Shown here piece by piece: positions 1-9,966 of a DNA stretch of 64,000 nt. Numbering within the stretch: the stretch's first letter is position 1; every line of letters begins with the position of its first letter. A program made the translations under genes and the position numbers. The stretch covers positions 12,757 through 76,756 of the forward strand of contig DASYDT010000135.1 in the NCBI GenBank assembly GCA_036499425.1, written 5' to 3'. This DNA is from Candidatus Udaeobacter sp. (GTDB taxonomy: Bacteria; Verrucomicrobiota; Verrucomicrobiia; Chthoniobacterales; UBA10450). The notes under the pieces were generated by a model. The model was given only the letters and a program-made list of their open reading frames with translations, was not told the origin of the DNA and made no database searches.

Positions 1-678
1 GTGCGAGAATCGGCTACCCACGCTGGCGCGCGAGAAGTTTATTTGATCGAAGAACCGATGGCGGCGGCGATCGGTGTGGGACTTCCAGTGCAGGATCCTG
101 CGGGCAACATGATCATCGATATTGGCGGAGGCACGACGGAGGTCGCCCTTATTTCGCTCTCTGGAATTGTCTTTAGCCGAAGCGTGCGCGTCGCTGGCGA
201 TGAGCTGGACGAGGCGATCGTGCAGTACATGAAGCGCGCTTATAATTTAATGGTCGGCGAACGCACGGCCGAGGAAATTAAAATCAAGATCGGCTCGGCG
301 TATCCGAGTGAAAAAGAAACGAGTGTAGAAGTGAAGGGGCGCGATCTGGTCGCTGGTTTGCCAAAGACACTGATGATTACTTCTCAGGAAGTGCGCGAAG
401 CGTTGCTTGAACCAATTTCGACGATTGTTGATTCTGTTCGTATTACCTTGGAGCGCTGTCCGCCCGAGCTGTCGGCAGACCTTGTCGATCGTGGATTAGT
501 GTTGGCAGGCGGAGGCGCGTTGTTGCGCGGTTTTGACAAGCTTTTGAGCGAGGAAACAGGTTTGCCTGTCCATGTTGCCGAAGATCCACTCAGCGCGGTG
601 GCGGAAGGGACCGGTAAATGCCTCAATGAACTTAAGTTTTTGCGTCAGGTGGCCTCAGCCGATCGCCAGTGGCGGTAG
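1..678 (+). CDS. mreB: Rod-shape-determining protein MreB, C-terminal ~225 aa (5' end lies upstream of the window)
   Basis: Frame is open from base 1. Actin-fold motifs [10 protein letters not shown] and [10 protein letters not shown] are present. Followed by mreC, mreD and mrdA. Confidence 0.95.
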   Translation: MRESATHAGAREVYLIEEPMAAAIGVGLPVQDPAGNMIIDIGGGTTEVALISLSGIVFSRSVRVAGDELDEAIVQYMKRAYNLMVGERTAEEIKIKIGSAYPSEKETSVEVKGRDLVAGLPKTLMITSQEVREALLEPISTIVDSVRITLERCPPELSADLVDRGLVLAGGGALLRGFDKLLSEETGLPVHVAEDPLSAVAEGTGKCLNELKFLRQVASADRQWR

Positions 679-738
679 CCAAATGGCATCGGCTTCCAGC
701 CGATGTTTGGACGTGGGCTGGAAGCCCATGCTACAGCG

Positions 739-1542
739 ATGAGTCGCACAAACATTATCGCGCTACTGATTTTTGGCGCCATTCTGGGATATTTTCTTAC
801 CTTCGGCCCGGATATGACGCAAAAGTTCAAGTCTGGCGTCTATCAGCTGCTGGCGCCATTTTTGACCAGCGGCTCAGGCCTGAAAAAACAGATTACATCC
901 GTGAGCACCGGATTGAAGTCACTCGATCAACTAGAGCACGAGAACTCTGCACTTCAGGTCGAAAATCGAGAGCTGCGCGCGACCAACCAAGGCCTGCGCG
1001 ATGTAGAGCACGAAGTGAATCGTCTGCGACACGCCCTCAATTATCGGGAGCGCTCGGTCTTCAAGTTGATCGCGGCAGAAATTGTGGCGCGTGATTCTTC
1101 CACTTGGTGGCGAACGGTCACGATCAATCGTGGCAAAAGAGATGGCATCCAAATCGATATGCCTGTGGTAACGGCCGAAGGTCTCGTGGGAAAAATCACC
1201 ACTGTAAGCGACAACATCTCCGTTGTTTTGTTGGCCTCCGATGAAAACTGCCGGGTCGCGGCCTCGGTAGAAGGAAGCCGGGAACAGGGGATCGTTTCCG
1301 GCGAGCGGGTGACCACCGGATTGAGCCCGCTTTTGGACTTGAATTTCCTAACGAAGCAGGCTGACCTAAAGCCCGGCCAGAAAGTTTATACGTCGGGAGT
1401 AGGCGGCGTTTTCCCGTCCGGTTTGCTGATCGGCGCGGTAAAAAGTTTTCGTGTTCGGGAGTTGGATGGACAAGCACAACTGACACCAGCGGTCGATCTC
1501 TCGCATTTGGAGGATGTGTTCGTAGTGACAGGCCGAAGATGA
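739..1542 (+). CDS. mreC: Rod-shape-determining protein MreC
   Basis: N-terminal TM segment, a coiled-coil stretch (LEHENSALQVENRELR), then the MreC beta-domain motif VVTAEGLVGKITTVSDNISVVLL. The ORF opens at 703, but the ATG at 739 gives a typical N-terminus. Confidence 0.85.
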   Translation: MSRTNIIALLIFGAILGYFLTFGPDMTQKFKSGVYQLLAPFLTSGSGLKKQITSVSTGLKSLDQLEHENSALQVENRELRATNQGLRDVEHEVNRLRHALNYRERSVFKLIAAEIVARDSSTWWRTVTINRGKRDGIQIDMPVVTAEGLVGKITTVSDNISVVLLASDENCRVAASVEGSREQGIVSGERVTTGLSPLLDLNFLTKQADLKPGQKVYTSGVGGVFPSGLLIGAVKSFRVRELDGQAQLTPAVDLSHLEDVFVVTGRR

Positions 1543-2081
1543 TATTCTTTTTTCTTCTCTTAGTCTTAGTGCTTGCGGCGCAGATTGCCGAGCTTTTCAT
1601 TCCGGCACTGCCATGGCTCTACAACGCCCATGTCTATATCGTGCCCGTTATTGTTTTCTATGGGGCAATGGCCTTGCCATTTCCCCTCATGCTCGCGCTT
1701 GCGTTATACGCAGGAGTTTTGCTGGACGCGCTTACCGTGCAGGTGATCGCTGGAAAGGTTGAAATCTCAACTGGATCGTCGATACTGCTTTACGGTGTGC
1801 TGGCAGGAATAATGCATGGCCTGAGACCGCTCTTTGCCCGCGGCCGATGGGAAGTGCATTGCGTCCTGAGTGGCATTTTCACTTCGTTGATAGTTTTGGC
1901 GCAATATCTGATGATCACATTCCGCCGCGGCTCTCTTGTTTTTACCCGTGAGATTTGGTGGCAAATCGGGGGGCCCGGTCTCATTGCCATGGCAGTGGCG
2001 CCAATCCTGTTCTGGCTTCTGCAATGGGTGGGACGGATGACGGATTATTCATATGGTCCCGAAAGGGGGCGATTGGAATGA
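1539..2081 (+). CDS. mreD: Rod-shape-determining protein MreD (polytopic membrane protein)
   Basis: 180-aa hydrophobic protein. ATGA start/stop overlap with mreC, and it sits between mreC and mrdA. Confidence 0.75.
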   Translation: MIFFFLLLVLVLAAQIAELFIPALPWLYNAHVYIVPVIVFYGAMALPFPLMLALALYAGVLLDALTVQVIAGKVEISTGSSILLYGVLAGIMHGLRPLFARGRWEVHCVLSGIFTSLIVLAQYLMITFRRGSLVFTREIWWQIGGPGLIAMAVAPILFWLLQWVGRMTDYSYGPERGRLE

Positions 2082-4345
2082 AGAGAAGCCGTTTGACTTC
2101 GCGTATTCGGATTCAATTTCTCGGCTTACTCATGTTGCTGGGCTTGGGCGCTCTCGGTCTCAAGCTTTGGTGGATACAGGTGGCGCATGGCGCGGAATGG
2201 ACTGCCCAGCTTCGCGGCAGTTCGCAAGCCACTGTGCGTATCCCCTCAGTGCGCGGCGAGATCAAAGATCGCAACGGCGTGACCCTCGTCCAAAACCGCG
2301 CCAGTTATGAGGTGGATTTTTATTTGCCGGAAATGGTCAAAGGTTATCGAGAACGTTTTGGTTCACCGCCCTTGACCGAGTATCGAGCGATCATCAACGG
2401 CATGCCGAAAGATCAGAAGGAGCCCGACATCATCAAGATTGTTAATGACGGCATCGTCCCGCGTCTTAACGAGCTTGATCTGGCGCGCGACTACAACGCC
2501 GGCAAGCTGGAGCGGCACTATCGCAACGATACCGAGGTCCCGTTTTCCTATATCAAGGACATCGATTTCCCCACGATGGCAAAATTTTCGGAGCACGATG
2601 TTGGACTACCAGGAGTGGATATCGCGATCAAACCGGTGCGCTCTTATGTTTATGGCGCGCTAGCCGCCCATATTCTTGGTTATGTCGGCATCCCGGACGA
2701 CATCGACAAAGAGGAAGCAAGCAAGTTCACATTCTATCAGCAGGACGTCGAAGGAAAATCGAACATCGAAAAAACGATGGACGAATATCTGCGTGGAAGA
2801 CCTGGCGTGCGCTATTTGCGCAAGAATGCGAAGGGAACAATCGAGGGTGTCCTGCGCGAAGATCCGCCGCAACAAGGCGCCAACGTTCTGCTGACGATCG
2901 ACGCACGCATTCAGTCGATTGCAGAGGAAGCGCTGCGCGCCGTGAGCCGGGCCGGAGCGGTCGTAGTCGATCCAAACAATGGCAACGTTTTGGCGATGGC
3001 TTCCGTGCCGTCGTTCGATCCGAACACGTTTATCCCGAGCATCAAAGCGAAAGATTGGAAAGCGCTGCAAAAAGATCCGGCCGACCCGTTGGTGAACCGC
3101 GCGATCAGCGCTCTGCCGCCAGGATCGACGTTCAAGCTCATCACGGCGCTCGCCGGATTGCGAGGCACGAAAAATCTTGCAAACACGCGTTACAACTGCA
3201 GCGGTGGAGTGAGTTATGGCGACCACTACTTCCAATGCTGGAAACATACCGGGCACGGCACGCTTGGGCTGGCTGATGCGATCAAAGTGTCATGTGACTC
3301 CTTTTTCTATCAGTATGGCAATGCAGCCGGGATTCAGTCGATTGACCACATTGGCAAGATGTTGGGTATTGGCGAGGAATCAGGTCTGCAACTTAGCGGC
3401 GAACAGACTGGTAATATGCCCGGGCCGGAGTGGATGCAGATTCACCATCCGCAGGAGAGATGGTCACAAGCCCAAACGGCAAACGTTTCCATCGGCCAAG
3501 GCTACACGCTGGTTTCGCCGCTTCAACTGGCGATGGCCTACGCTACAATCGCAAATGGCGGCCTGTGCTATTACCCCCGCCTGGTCGATAAAATCCTGAG
3601 GCAAGACGGCTCCCCAGTATTAGATGCGCAAGGCAATCCAGCAGCGCCATCGCCGCGCGTGCGATCGGATTTACGGCAGGAAATCTCAGCCGACAAAATC
3701 GAGCTCGTGCGCAAGGGATTTTGGAAGGTGGTTAATGAAGACGGAGGAACTGGTGGCGTAGGGCGTTTAAAAGATTGGATGGTAGCGGGCAAAACCGGCA
3801 CCGCACAGGCTACCGAGCGCGGACATGAGGAAAACGTGGCGTGGTTCGCGTGTTTCGCGCCATTTGACCATCCGAAGTATGTCGTCGCAGTGATGGTCCA
3901 GGGCGCCTCTGGGCACGGCGGTCCGGTCGCGGGCCCCATCGCTACCCGCATTCTCGAACGCACGCTCGCGGAGGATGAAGGCAAGTTCGATATGCAGGTC
4001 GCCTGGCTCGCACCTGCACACCACGCCAATCCGCTCCAATTGATCAAAGCGGTTAGTTATCACGATGCGGGAGGCAATCTCGGAGCCGACGACGAAGAGG
4101 GTGCGGACCAATCGCAAGCTACCACAGCAGAGATGGCAAGCACAGACGCCTCGCCCGATGTCGAACCCGAAGCAGACTCTCAAGGGAAAGTGCGGCGGCG
4201 AGGGAGTGCTCCTGTGGCCCGAGCGCTTCCGGCTGCGCCACCAGCCCCCCGCAACTTCTTTCAACGGCTCTTTGGAGCACACCCGCGACCGGCACCTGCA
4301 CCGGCGCCCCCGCCGCCTAGCCGCCGGCGCGGACCAACACAATGA
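2078..4345 (+). CDS. mrdA: Penicillin-binding protein 2 (elongasome transpeptidase) with a Pro/Ala-rich C-terminal tail
   Basis: Membrane anchor LGLLMLLGLGALGL. Transpeptidase motifs STFK, SCD (SxN position) and KTGTA. ATGA overlap with the mreD stop. The ORF opens at 1955, but the ATG at 2078 fits better. Confidence 0.9.
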   Translation: MKRSRLTSRIRIQFLGLLMLLGLGALGLKLWWIQVAHGAEWTAQLRGSSQATVRIPSVRGEIKDRNGVTLVQNRASYEVDFYLPEMVKGYRERFGSPPLTEYRAIINGMPKDQKEPDIIKIVNDGIVPRLNELDLARDYNAGKLERHYRNDTEVPFSYIKDIDFPTMAKFSEHDVGLPGVDIAIKPVRSYVYGALAAHILGYVGIPDDIDKEEASKFTFYQQDVEGKSNIEKTMDEYLRGRPGVRYLRKNAKGTIEGVLREDPPQQGANVLLTIDARIQSIAEEALRAVSRAGAVVVDPNNGNVLAMASVPSFDPNTFIPSIKAKDWKALQKDPADPLVNRAISALPPGSTFKLITALAGLRGTKNLANTRYNCSGGVSYGDHYFQCWKHTGHGTLGLADAIKVSCDSFFYQYGNAAGIQSIDHIGKMLGIGEESGLQLSGEQTGNMPGPEWMQIHHPQERWSQAQTANVSIGQGYTLVSPLQLAMAYATIANGGLCYYPRLVDKILRQDGSPVLDAQGNPAAPSPRVRSDLRQEISADKIELVRKGFWKVVNEDGGTGGVGRLKDWMVAGKTGTAQATERGHEENVAWFACFAPFDHPKYVVAVMVQGASGHGGPVAGPIATRILERTLAEDEGKFDMQVAWLAPAHHANPLQLIKAVSYHDAGGNLGADDEEGADQSQATTAEMASTDASPDVEPEADSQGKVRRRGSAPVARALPAAPPAPRNFFQRLFGAHPRPAPAPAPPPPSRRRGPTQ

Positions 4346-4417
4346 ATCCCCGGTCAGAATCACTGCGGCAGGACACAATCGGCAGTTTGCTTATGACCAC
4401 TCAACTACTTCAATTTT

Positions 4418-5992
4418 ATGATAGAGAAGGTAAGAAAGATTTTGGGGCTTCGCTCTCGCAAGACAGGGAACAAGCTCATAATCAGTGTAGAAAAACTCGA
4501 GTCTCGCGTGGCGTTGCTCGAGAATGGCCGCCTCGAGGAATATAGCGTCGAGCGTAAGAGCTCGCGAAACATCGTCGGCAGCATTTACAAGGGCAAAGTC
4601 AAAAACATCGAGATGGGCCTGAAGGCGATGTTTGTTGACATCGGCTTCGAAAAGAACGCGTTCCTTCATTTTTGGGATGCCATTCCTGCCGCGCTGGACA
4701 GCGGCATTGAAGAAATCGATCGGCGCACCAACAAGCGGCCCCGAAAACGGATCACCGTAAAAGACATACCGAGCATCTATCCAGTGGGCTCGGACGTAAT
4801 TGTGCAAGTTACCAAGGGCCCAATTGGTACGAAGGGGCCGAGGGTGACAACCAATCTCAGTTTTGCGGGGCGCTACCTCGTTCTGATGCCGTTCAGTGAT
4901 CGCAGCGGTATCTCGCGAAAAATCGAGAACCCCAAAGAACGCGAGCGACTACGCAAGATTGTGCGTGAGCTGGACATGCCCGAAGGGGTCGGCGTCATCA
5001 TTCGCACCGTAGGCGAAGGCCAGCGCGCCAGATACTTCGTCCGCGACTTGCGTTTCCTTCTGGATCAGTGGGCCAAAGTCGAGCAGGCCATTCGTGAGAA
5101 TCCGACCCCTTGCCGCCTTTTTGAGGAGCCTGACCTGGTTGAGCGAACCGTGCGCGATTTTCTGACCGAAGAAATCGAGGAGGTCGTTTGCGATGATCGC
5201 GCGTCAACGGAGCGAATGAGCGAAATGATTGCCCAGATTTCCCGGCGCGCGCGGAATCGGGTCCATTTTTACGACGGTGCGGCGCCAATTTTCGAAACCT
5301 ACGGCGTGCAAAAACAAATTGACGACGCTTTTCACCGGCAAGTCTGGTTGAAGTGTGGCGGCTATATTGTGATCGACGAGACAGAAGCGCTAGTAGCGAT
5401 TGATGTGAATACAGGCCGCAACAAAGGCGGGCGCGATGTGGAGAAAACAATTTTGCAGACGAACCTGGAGGCGGCAGATGAAATCGCCCGTCAGCTCCGG
5501 TTACGCAATATCGGTGGCTTGATCATAGGCGATTTCATCGATATGAAGAGCCGCAAAGATCAGCAGGCAGTTTACAGCTTGATGAAGGAACGGCTCAGCC
5601 GCGACAAAGCCAGGACCCATGTGCTTCCCATTTCACAGCTTGGCCTGATGGAAATGACTCGCCAACGCGCGCAAGAAAGCCTGAGCGAGAGCATTTACCA
5701 GAATTGCCCTTACTGCGGCGGGCGCGGCGTTGTGAAAACGTCCATGACTACAAGCGTGGAATTGCACCGGACTCTCAACACCGTCATGCGCAAGTATCAG
5801 GATAGCATCCACGAATTTCGGGTCATCCTGAACCCCGACGTGTTGAAACGATTAAAGGAGGAAGATGAAGAACTACTGGTGGAGCTGGAGCGCCGGTACG
5901 CAGGTCGCCTAATGTTTCGTGGCGACCCGACGTTTCACCATGAGAAGTTTCTCATTACAGACGCGAATACGGGCGTCGAACTAAAACCTTAG
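4418..5992 (+). CDS. rng: Ribonuclease G/E family endoribonuclease
   Basis: N-terminal S1 domain (GSIYKGKVKNIEMGLKAMFVDIG), the catalytic-core motif ALVAIDVNTG, and a Zn-link CPYCGGRG. The mre-rng synteny matches enterobacteria. Confidence 0.85.
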   Translation: MIEKVRKILGLRSRKTGNKLIISVEKLESRVALLENGRLEEYSVERKSSRNIVGSIYKGKVKNIEMGLKAMFVDIGFEKNAFLHFWDAIPAALDSGIEEIDRRTNKRPRKRITVKDIPSIYPVGSDVIVQVTKGPIGTKGPRVTTNLSFAGRYLVLMPFSDRSGISRKIENPKERERLRKIVRELDMPEGVGVIIRTVGEGQRARYFVRDLRFLLDQWAKVEQAIRENPTPCRLFEEPDLVERTVRDFLTEEIEEVVCDDRASTERMSEMIAQISRRARNRVHFYDGAAPIFETYGVQKQIDDAFHRQVWLKCGGYIVIDETEALVAIDVNTGRNKGGRDVEKTILQTNLEAADEIARQLRLRNIGGLIIGDFIDMKSRKDQQAVYSLMKERLSRDKARTHVLPISQLGLMEMTRQRAQESLSESIYQNCPYCGGRGVVKTSMTTSVELHRTLNTVMRKYQDSIHEFRVILNPDVLKRLKEEDEELLVELERRYAGRLMFRGDPTFHHEKFLITDANTGVELKP

Positions 5993-6139
5993 GGCAGTTC
6001 AGAAAGTGCAAAAAAAGCTTGCAATCTCCCGCGGCTCGGCCCAGACTCGCGGCATCCAGACAAGGAGCGAAATTCGTTATTACTGGAACGCTCCAAAATG
6101 TCTGGAGAGTGAAAGGAAACTTAACCAAAAGGAGAAATA

Positions 6140-6841
6140 ATGAAAAGATCAATGTTATGCCTGTTAGGGTTTGGGGCGATCGCTTCGGTCGCTTTTGCCG
6201 GAGAGACCTATTCCGGGAAGGAAATGAAGCAGGTAGCGCCGCCTCCGTGCCCGGAGTGGTACGCCAATAACGAGTTTAACGTCAGTTTGTGGGGAACCTA
6301 CGTTTTCACTGGGAACAACTGGGAAAACGACAGGTACCTCGAGGCCGATCATGCCTGGGGCGGAGGTATCGATGCGAAATACTTCTTCATGCGTTACTTC
6401 GGCGTCGGCATTGAAGGTTTTGGCCTCGATGCGAGACAGGCTCGTGAAAATGTTTTCGTCGATCTAAGCGACGGGATTTTTTCCCACAGCTTTGAAAACC
6501 ACCGCGAGGCGATAGGATCTGTGCTAGGTACATTTACGCTGCGTTACCCGATCCACTGCACCCGCTTTTCACCTTATCTCTGGGGTGGCTTCGGCGGGAT
6601 CTTTGGCGGGGGCCAGAAGCAAGTCAATCAGCGATTTGTTGAAGAGGGAGAAGGCTTCGACATTGTCCAGACAGTCGGGCATACAGACAGCGAGTCGCGC
6701 GTAATGGGCCAGGTCGGCGGCGGCATGGAAGTCCGTATCACCCCGCATATCGGCTGGGTCAGTGACTTCAGCTGGAATTTCGTGGATGGTCCGAAAAATA
6801 ACTTCGGGATGGCCCGCACTGGCGTGAACTTCGCTTTCTAA
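6140..6841 (+). CDS. Outer-membrane beta-barrel protein (OmpW/OmpA-barrel-like)
   Basis: Strong SD (AAAGGAG) and a signal peptide ending AFA. Alternating aromatic/Gly beta-strand pattern and a C-terminal OMP signature GVNFAF. Confidence 0.6.
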   Translation: MKRSMLCLLGFGAIASVAFAGETYSGKEMKQVAPPPCPEWYANNEFNVSLWGTYVFTGNNWENDRYLEADHAWGGGIDAKYFFMRYFGVGIEGFGLDARQARENVFVDLSDGIFSHSFENHREAIGSVLGTFTLRYPIHCTRFSPYLWGGFGGIFGGGQKQVNQRFVEEGEGFDIVQTVGHTDSESRVMGQVGGGMEVRITPHIGWVSDFSWNFVDGPKNNFGMARTGVNFAF

Positions 6842-6864
6842 GCAGCGGGAATAGCATTTGCTAC

Positions 6865-6898
6865 AGCGGCGTCCGCAACAACGGACGCCGCTTTTTTG
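6865..6898 (+). terminator. Rho-independent terminator after the OMP gene
   Basis: Perfect 11-bp stem AGCGGCGTCCG / CGGACGCCGCT with a 6-nt loop, followed by TTTTTT. Confidence 0.7.
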
Positions 6899-6991
6899 TA
6901 CGTACAGGACAGGGAGCCGACGCCTCAATAGGTTCTCCAACCCCCTGCGAACGGCGTTTGCGAACGCCGGTATGCACACGAAATTATCCTG

Positions 6992-8131
6992 ATGTCGTTT
7001 GTCGAAACCCTGGACAATTTGGCTTTGAGAAAGTCGGAGCTCGTCCAACGTTTCGAGTACCTGATCGCCCCGAAATCCGATCGGGAATTCGAAGCGATGG
7101 CGCAGACTTCGCGCTCCGTGACTCTGCAAAATTTTGGACGCACGATGCGGCTGTTCGCGCCGCTTTATCTTTCCAACGAATGCATCAACAATTGCCGGTA
7201 TTGCGGTTTCTCGCGCGATAATCCGATCCTTCGTGTCACGCTCGACGTGGATGAAGTGGTCGCCGAGGCGCAGCATCTCGCGCGTCAGGGTTTTCGACAG
7301 ATCCTTCTCGTTGCCGGCGAGCATCCCAAATTCGTGAGCCGCGATTATCTCGCTGAATGTGTACGCGCTCTCGCTGCCGATTTTTCGTCAGTTTCCATCG
7401 AGGTCGGGCCGATGGAGACGGAAGATTACGTGCCGATTGTCGAAGCCGGCGCGGAAGGCCTCGTCGTTTATCAGGAAACCTACAATCGAGAAAACTATGC
7501 CGAAATGCACACCGCCGGGCCGAAACGCGATTTCAATTTTCGGCTCGATTGCGCTGAGCGCGGGTACGTGGCCGGTTTTCGCCGGCTTGGCATCGGCGCG
7601 CTCATCGGTTTATCGCGCTGGCAGGACGAAGCGACGGCGCTTGCCGCGCATTTGGAACATTTGTTCAAGCACTGTTGGCAGGCGCAAATCACTATGAGTT
7701 TGCCGCGGTTGCGTCCCGCAGCCGGCGGATTTCGCCCGCTCTTCTCGGTGACCGACCGCGAACTGGCGCAGTTGGTCTGCGCATTCCGTATTACGTTCCC
7801 GCAGCTTGGAATCGTGCTAAGCACGCGGGAGCCCGCGCAGCTGCGTGATTCGCTGGCGCTAATCGGGGTAACGATGATGAGCGCCGGCAGTCACACTGAG
7901 CCCGGCGGCTACACCCGACAAGGCCGCGAGCATTTGCATCGCACCGTGCGCGGCCGCATCGTCGCGGCCGAATATCAGCACGGCGAAGATCAACTGGCCA
8001 CCGGCCAATTCGAGATCAGCGACGAACGATCCCCTGCCGAAATCGCCGTCGTCTTGCGCCGTCGTGGGCTAGAGCCGGTCTGGAAAGATTGGGACCAGGC
8101 ATTCTGTGCAACCACGAATGGGCACGAATGA
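6992..8131 (+). CDS. thiH: 2-iminoacetate synthase ThiH (radical SAM tyrosine lyase)
   Basis: PLYLSNECINNCRYCGFS carries the CxxxCxxC radical-SAM cluster motif, and the protein is collinear in length with E. coli ThiH. The last codons (TTNGHE) lie inside a REP-D repeat. Confidence 0.9.
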   Translation: MSFVETLDNLALRKSELVQRFEYLIAPKSDREFEAMAQTSRSVTLQNFGRTMRLFAPLYLSNECINNCRYCGFSRDNPILRVTLDVDEVVAEAQHLARQGFRQILLVAGEHPKFVSRDYLAECVRALAADFSSVSIEVGPMETEDYVPIVEAGAEGLVVYQETYNRENYAEMHTAGPKRDFNFRLDCAERGYVAGFRRLGIGALIGLSRWQDEATALAAHLEHLFKHCWQAQITMSLPRLRPAAGGFRPLFSVTDRELAQLVCAFRITFPQLGIVLSTREPAQLRDSLALIGVTMMSAGSHTEPGGYTRQGREHLHRTVRGRIVAAEYQHGEDQLATGQFEISDERSPAEIAVVLRRRGLEPVWKDWDQAFCATTNGHE

Positions 8132-8160
8132 ACACGAATGTTGAAGACGAATGATGAATA
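8111..8160. repeat. REP-D short-unit tandem array
   Basis: ACCACGAATG GGCACGAATG AACACGAATG ..AAGACGAATGATGAATA, spanning the thiH stop. Confidence 0.6.
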
Positions 8161-8203
8161 ACCAATGTTGCGCGCGCTTCAACGGTTCAACCCGGCGAAG
8201 CCC

Positions 8204-8404
8204 ATGACAATCTCGCTCAATGGCGAAACTATGGATACCCACGAAGCCAAAACGATCGCGGAGCTAATCGACCATTATCAATTGCCGCCGCGATCAATCG
8301 TGGTGGAGCACAACGGCCTCGCCGTGCATCGACACGAATGGGAAGAGCGACCATTGTCCGAAGGCGACCGCATTGAATTCATCCGCGTCGTCGCGGGTGG
8401 CTGA
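8204..8404 (+). CDS. thiS: Sulfur-carrier protein ThiS
   Basis: 66 aa, ending in the ubiquitin-like VAGG terminus. Lies directly after thiH. The ORF opens at 8165, but that extension is repeat-derived (LQRFN). Confidence 0.8.
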   Translation: MTISLNGETMDTHEAKTIAELIDHYQLPPRSIVVEHNGLAVHRHEWEERPLSEGDRIEFIRVVAGG

Positions 8405-8411
8405 CAATAAA

Positions 8412-9806
8412 TTATTCTGCGCTTTTCACGATGACTCGCATTCCGTCAGTTTGGATGACGGTGACTGGTGTTTGCGGGGCGATGAATTCGCCTTCGGTGA
8501 CAACATCGACTACGTGATCGGCGAAACGCGCTTTTCCGCTAGGTCGCAACACTGTGACTGACGTGCCTTGCATTCCAGGGGTGAGCGCGAGCGCGGTGGC
8601 GAATTGTCGCGGCGCGCCAGCAAGGGATGGACCCGGCGGATTCGAATCCATCAAGGCAAATCGCCGGTAAAAGCTCGTGCGTGGCAGGTAGCGCGCGAGG
8701 AGCGCGATGATGATGAATGATCCAACAATTGCGATGAACATGTTGAGCAACGGAATCGCGAGCATGTTGCCGGTTGGGAAAAAGTTTTGGCCCGGATAGC
8801 GATCGACCATCGTCCAGAGCAAAGACGCCAGCATGAGAAATACGCCGACAACGCCGAAGACGATTGTGCTGTGCGCGAAGAAAAGTATTTCGATCAAGAC
8901 GAGCACGATTCCGAGAATGAAGAGCGCAACAACTTCCCAGCCGGCGAGCCCAGCCAGGTAATGCCCGAGGAAAAAGAGTGCGAAACAAATTGCAGAGATA
9001 ATTCCGGGCCATGTCACACCGGGGATTTTGAATTCCAGATACGCGCCGAGGATTCCGCCCAGCAGCAGCAAAGGCGCGAGCGCAGTGATCCAAAACGCGA
9101 TTTGCTCGAAGCCGGTAGGTTCGATAGTAGCGATATTACCCTTGAGTCCGGCTTTTTTGGTTAGATCGGCAATGGAGTCGACAATGCCTTCCGCGAGCAA
9201 CGGTTTGTCATTGATCCGTTCAGTCGCTTCCTGAGCATTCAGAGTTAGGATCGCTCCCTTGGGATGAACAACGCGGTCGCCGATTTTCACTTCCTTGTCT
9301 TTGTTCATGAATGCTTCAGCAATATCGGGATTATGCCCATTCTTGATCGCCGAACCACGGATGAGCGCCGACCAGTACGAAATCGTCTTTTCCTTCGCAG
9401 TGGCGGGAAGGTCTTCTCCTGTTGCCAGGATCGGAGCGGCGGCGCCAATTGCGCTCACCGGCGCCATGTAAATGTGTTGCGTGGCGATGGCGATCAGCGC
9501 GCCGGCAGAACCGGCGTTTGTGTTGATGAACGTGTAAGTGGGGATTTTCGTTTGATTCAGCGCGTTCACGATATCGGCTGCGGCATCCAATCGGCCGCCG
9601 TACGTGTTCATCTCGAAAATAATCGCAGAGGCTTCGTCGCTCTCGGCTGTTTTGACTGCGCGGCGCAAGAACGCCAACAGAGAGGGCGCGACTTCGCCGT
9701 GCAACGGCACAACGACAACGTCGCCTTTGTGGATGACCTCGCGCGCGTGACCGGCGGTCGCTGCGAAGCAACACATCAACACTAGGATCAACAGTCTCGT
9801 TTTCAC
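8412..9806 (-). CDS. NfeD-family membrane-bound ClpP-class serine protease (long form)
   Basis: Signal peptide, an N-terminal ClpP/S49-like domain (NTYGGRLDAA...GSAGALIA), about 5 TM helices, and a C-terminal NfeD OB-fold (GTSVTVLRPSGKARF). Confidence 0.85.
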   Translation of the reverse strand: MKTRLLILVLMCCFAATAGHAREVIHKGDVVVVPLHGEVAPSLLAFLRRAVKTAESDEASAIIFEMNTYGGRLDAAADIVNALNQTKIPTYTFINTNAGSAGALIAIATQHIYMAPVSAIGAAAPILATGEDLPATAKEKTISYWSALIRGSAIKNGHNPDIAEAFMNKDKEVKIGDRVVHPKGAILTLNAQEATERINDKPLLAEGIVDSIADLTKKAGLKGNIATIEPTGFEQIAFWITALAPLLLLGGILGAYLEFKIPGVTWPGIISAICFALFFLGHYLAGLAGWEVVALFILGIVLVLIEILFFAHSTIVFGVVGVFLMLASLLWTMVDRYPGQNFFPTGNMLAIPLLNMFIAIVGSFIIIALLARYLPRTSFYRRFALMDSNPPGPSLAGAPRQFATALALTPGMQGTSVTVLRPSGKARFADHVVDVVTEGEFIAPQTPVTVIQTDGMRVIVKSAE

Positions 9807-9818
9807 GCGAGCGAAGAT

Positions 9819-9884
9819 TGTAGGGCGTTTCTGTGAAACGCCAGGGGGTTATCGCGATCAGGCGTCTGACACAGACGCCCTACA
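9819..9884. repeat. REP-C palindromic element
   Basis: TGTAGGGCGTTTCTGTGAAACGCC-(18 nt)-GGCGTCTGACACAGACGCCCTACA, in the nfeD/dnaG divergent spacer. Confidence 0.75.
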
Positions 9885-9966
9885 ACGACTGTTTTGAAAC
9901 AGAGCCGCACTGGGTAAGTTTGACATCGCTTCCAAAGGCAAACGAGGCAAAAATAATCAGGCGCGC

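Noticed and set aside
6899-6991. Possible TPP (THI-box) riboswitch in the leader of thiH
   Set aside because: Only loose fragments are present (CAGGGAGC, ACCCCCTGCGAAC). The invariant CTGAGA and the CCTGATCYGGNTAATNCCRGCG pyrimidine-sensor helix are absent. The hairpin CGGCGTT-TGCG-AACGCCG does not substitute for it. An Infernal RF00059 scan would settle it.
8412-9806. Expected a stomatin/SPFH partner gene next to the long-form NfeD protease
   Set aside because: The downstream neighbour on that strand is absent, because thiS converges there. This is not anomalous enough to report, since the partner may be encoded elsewhere.
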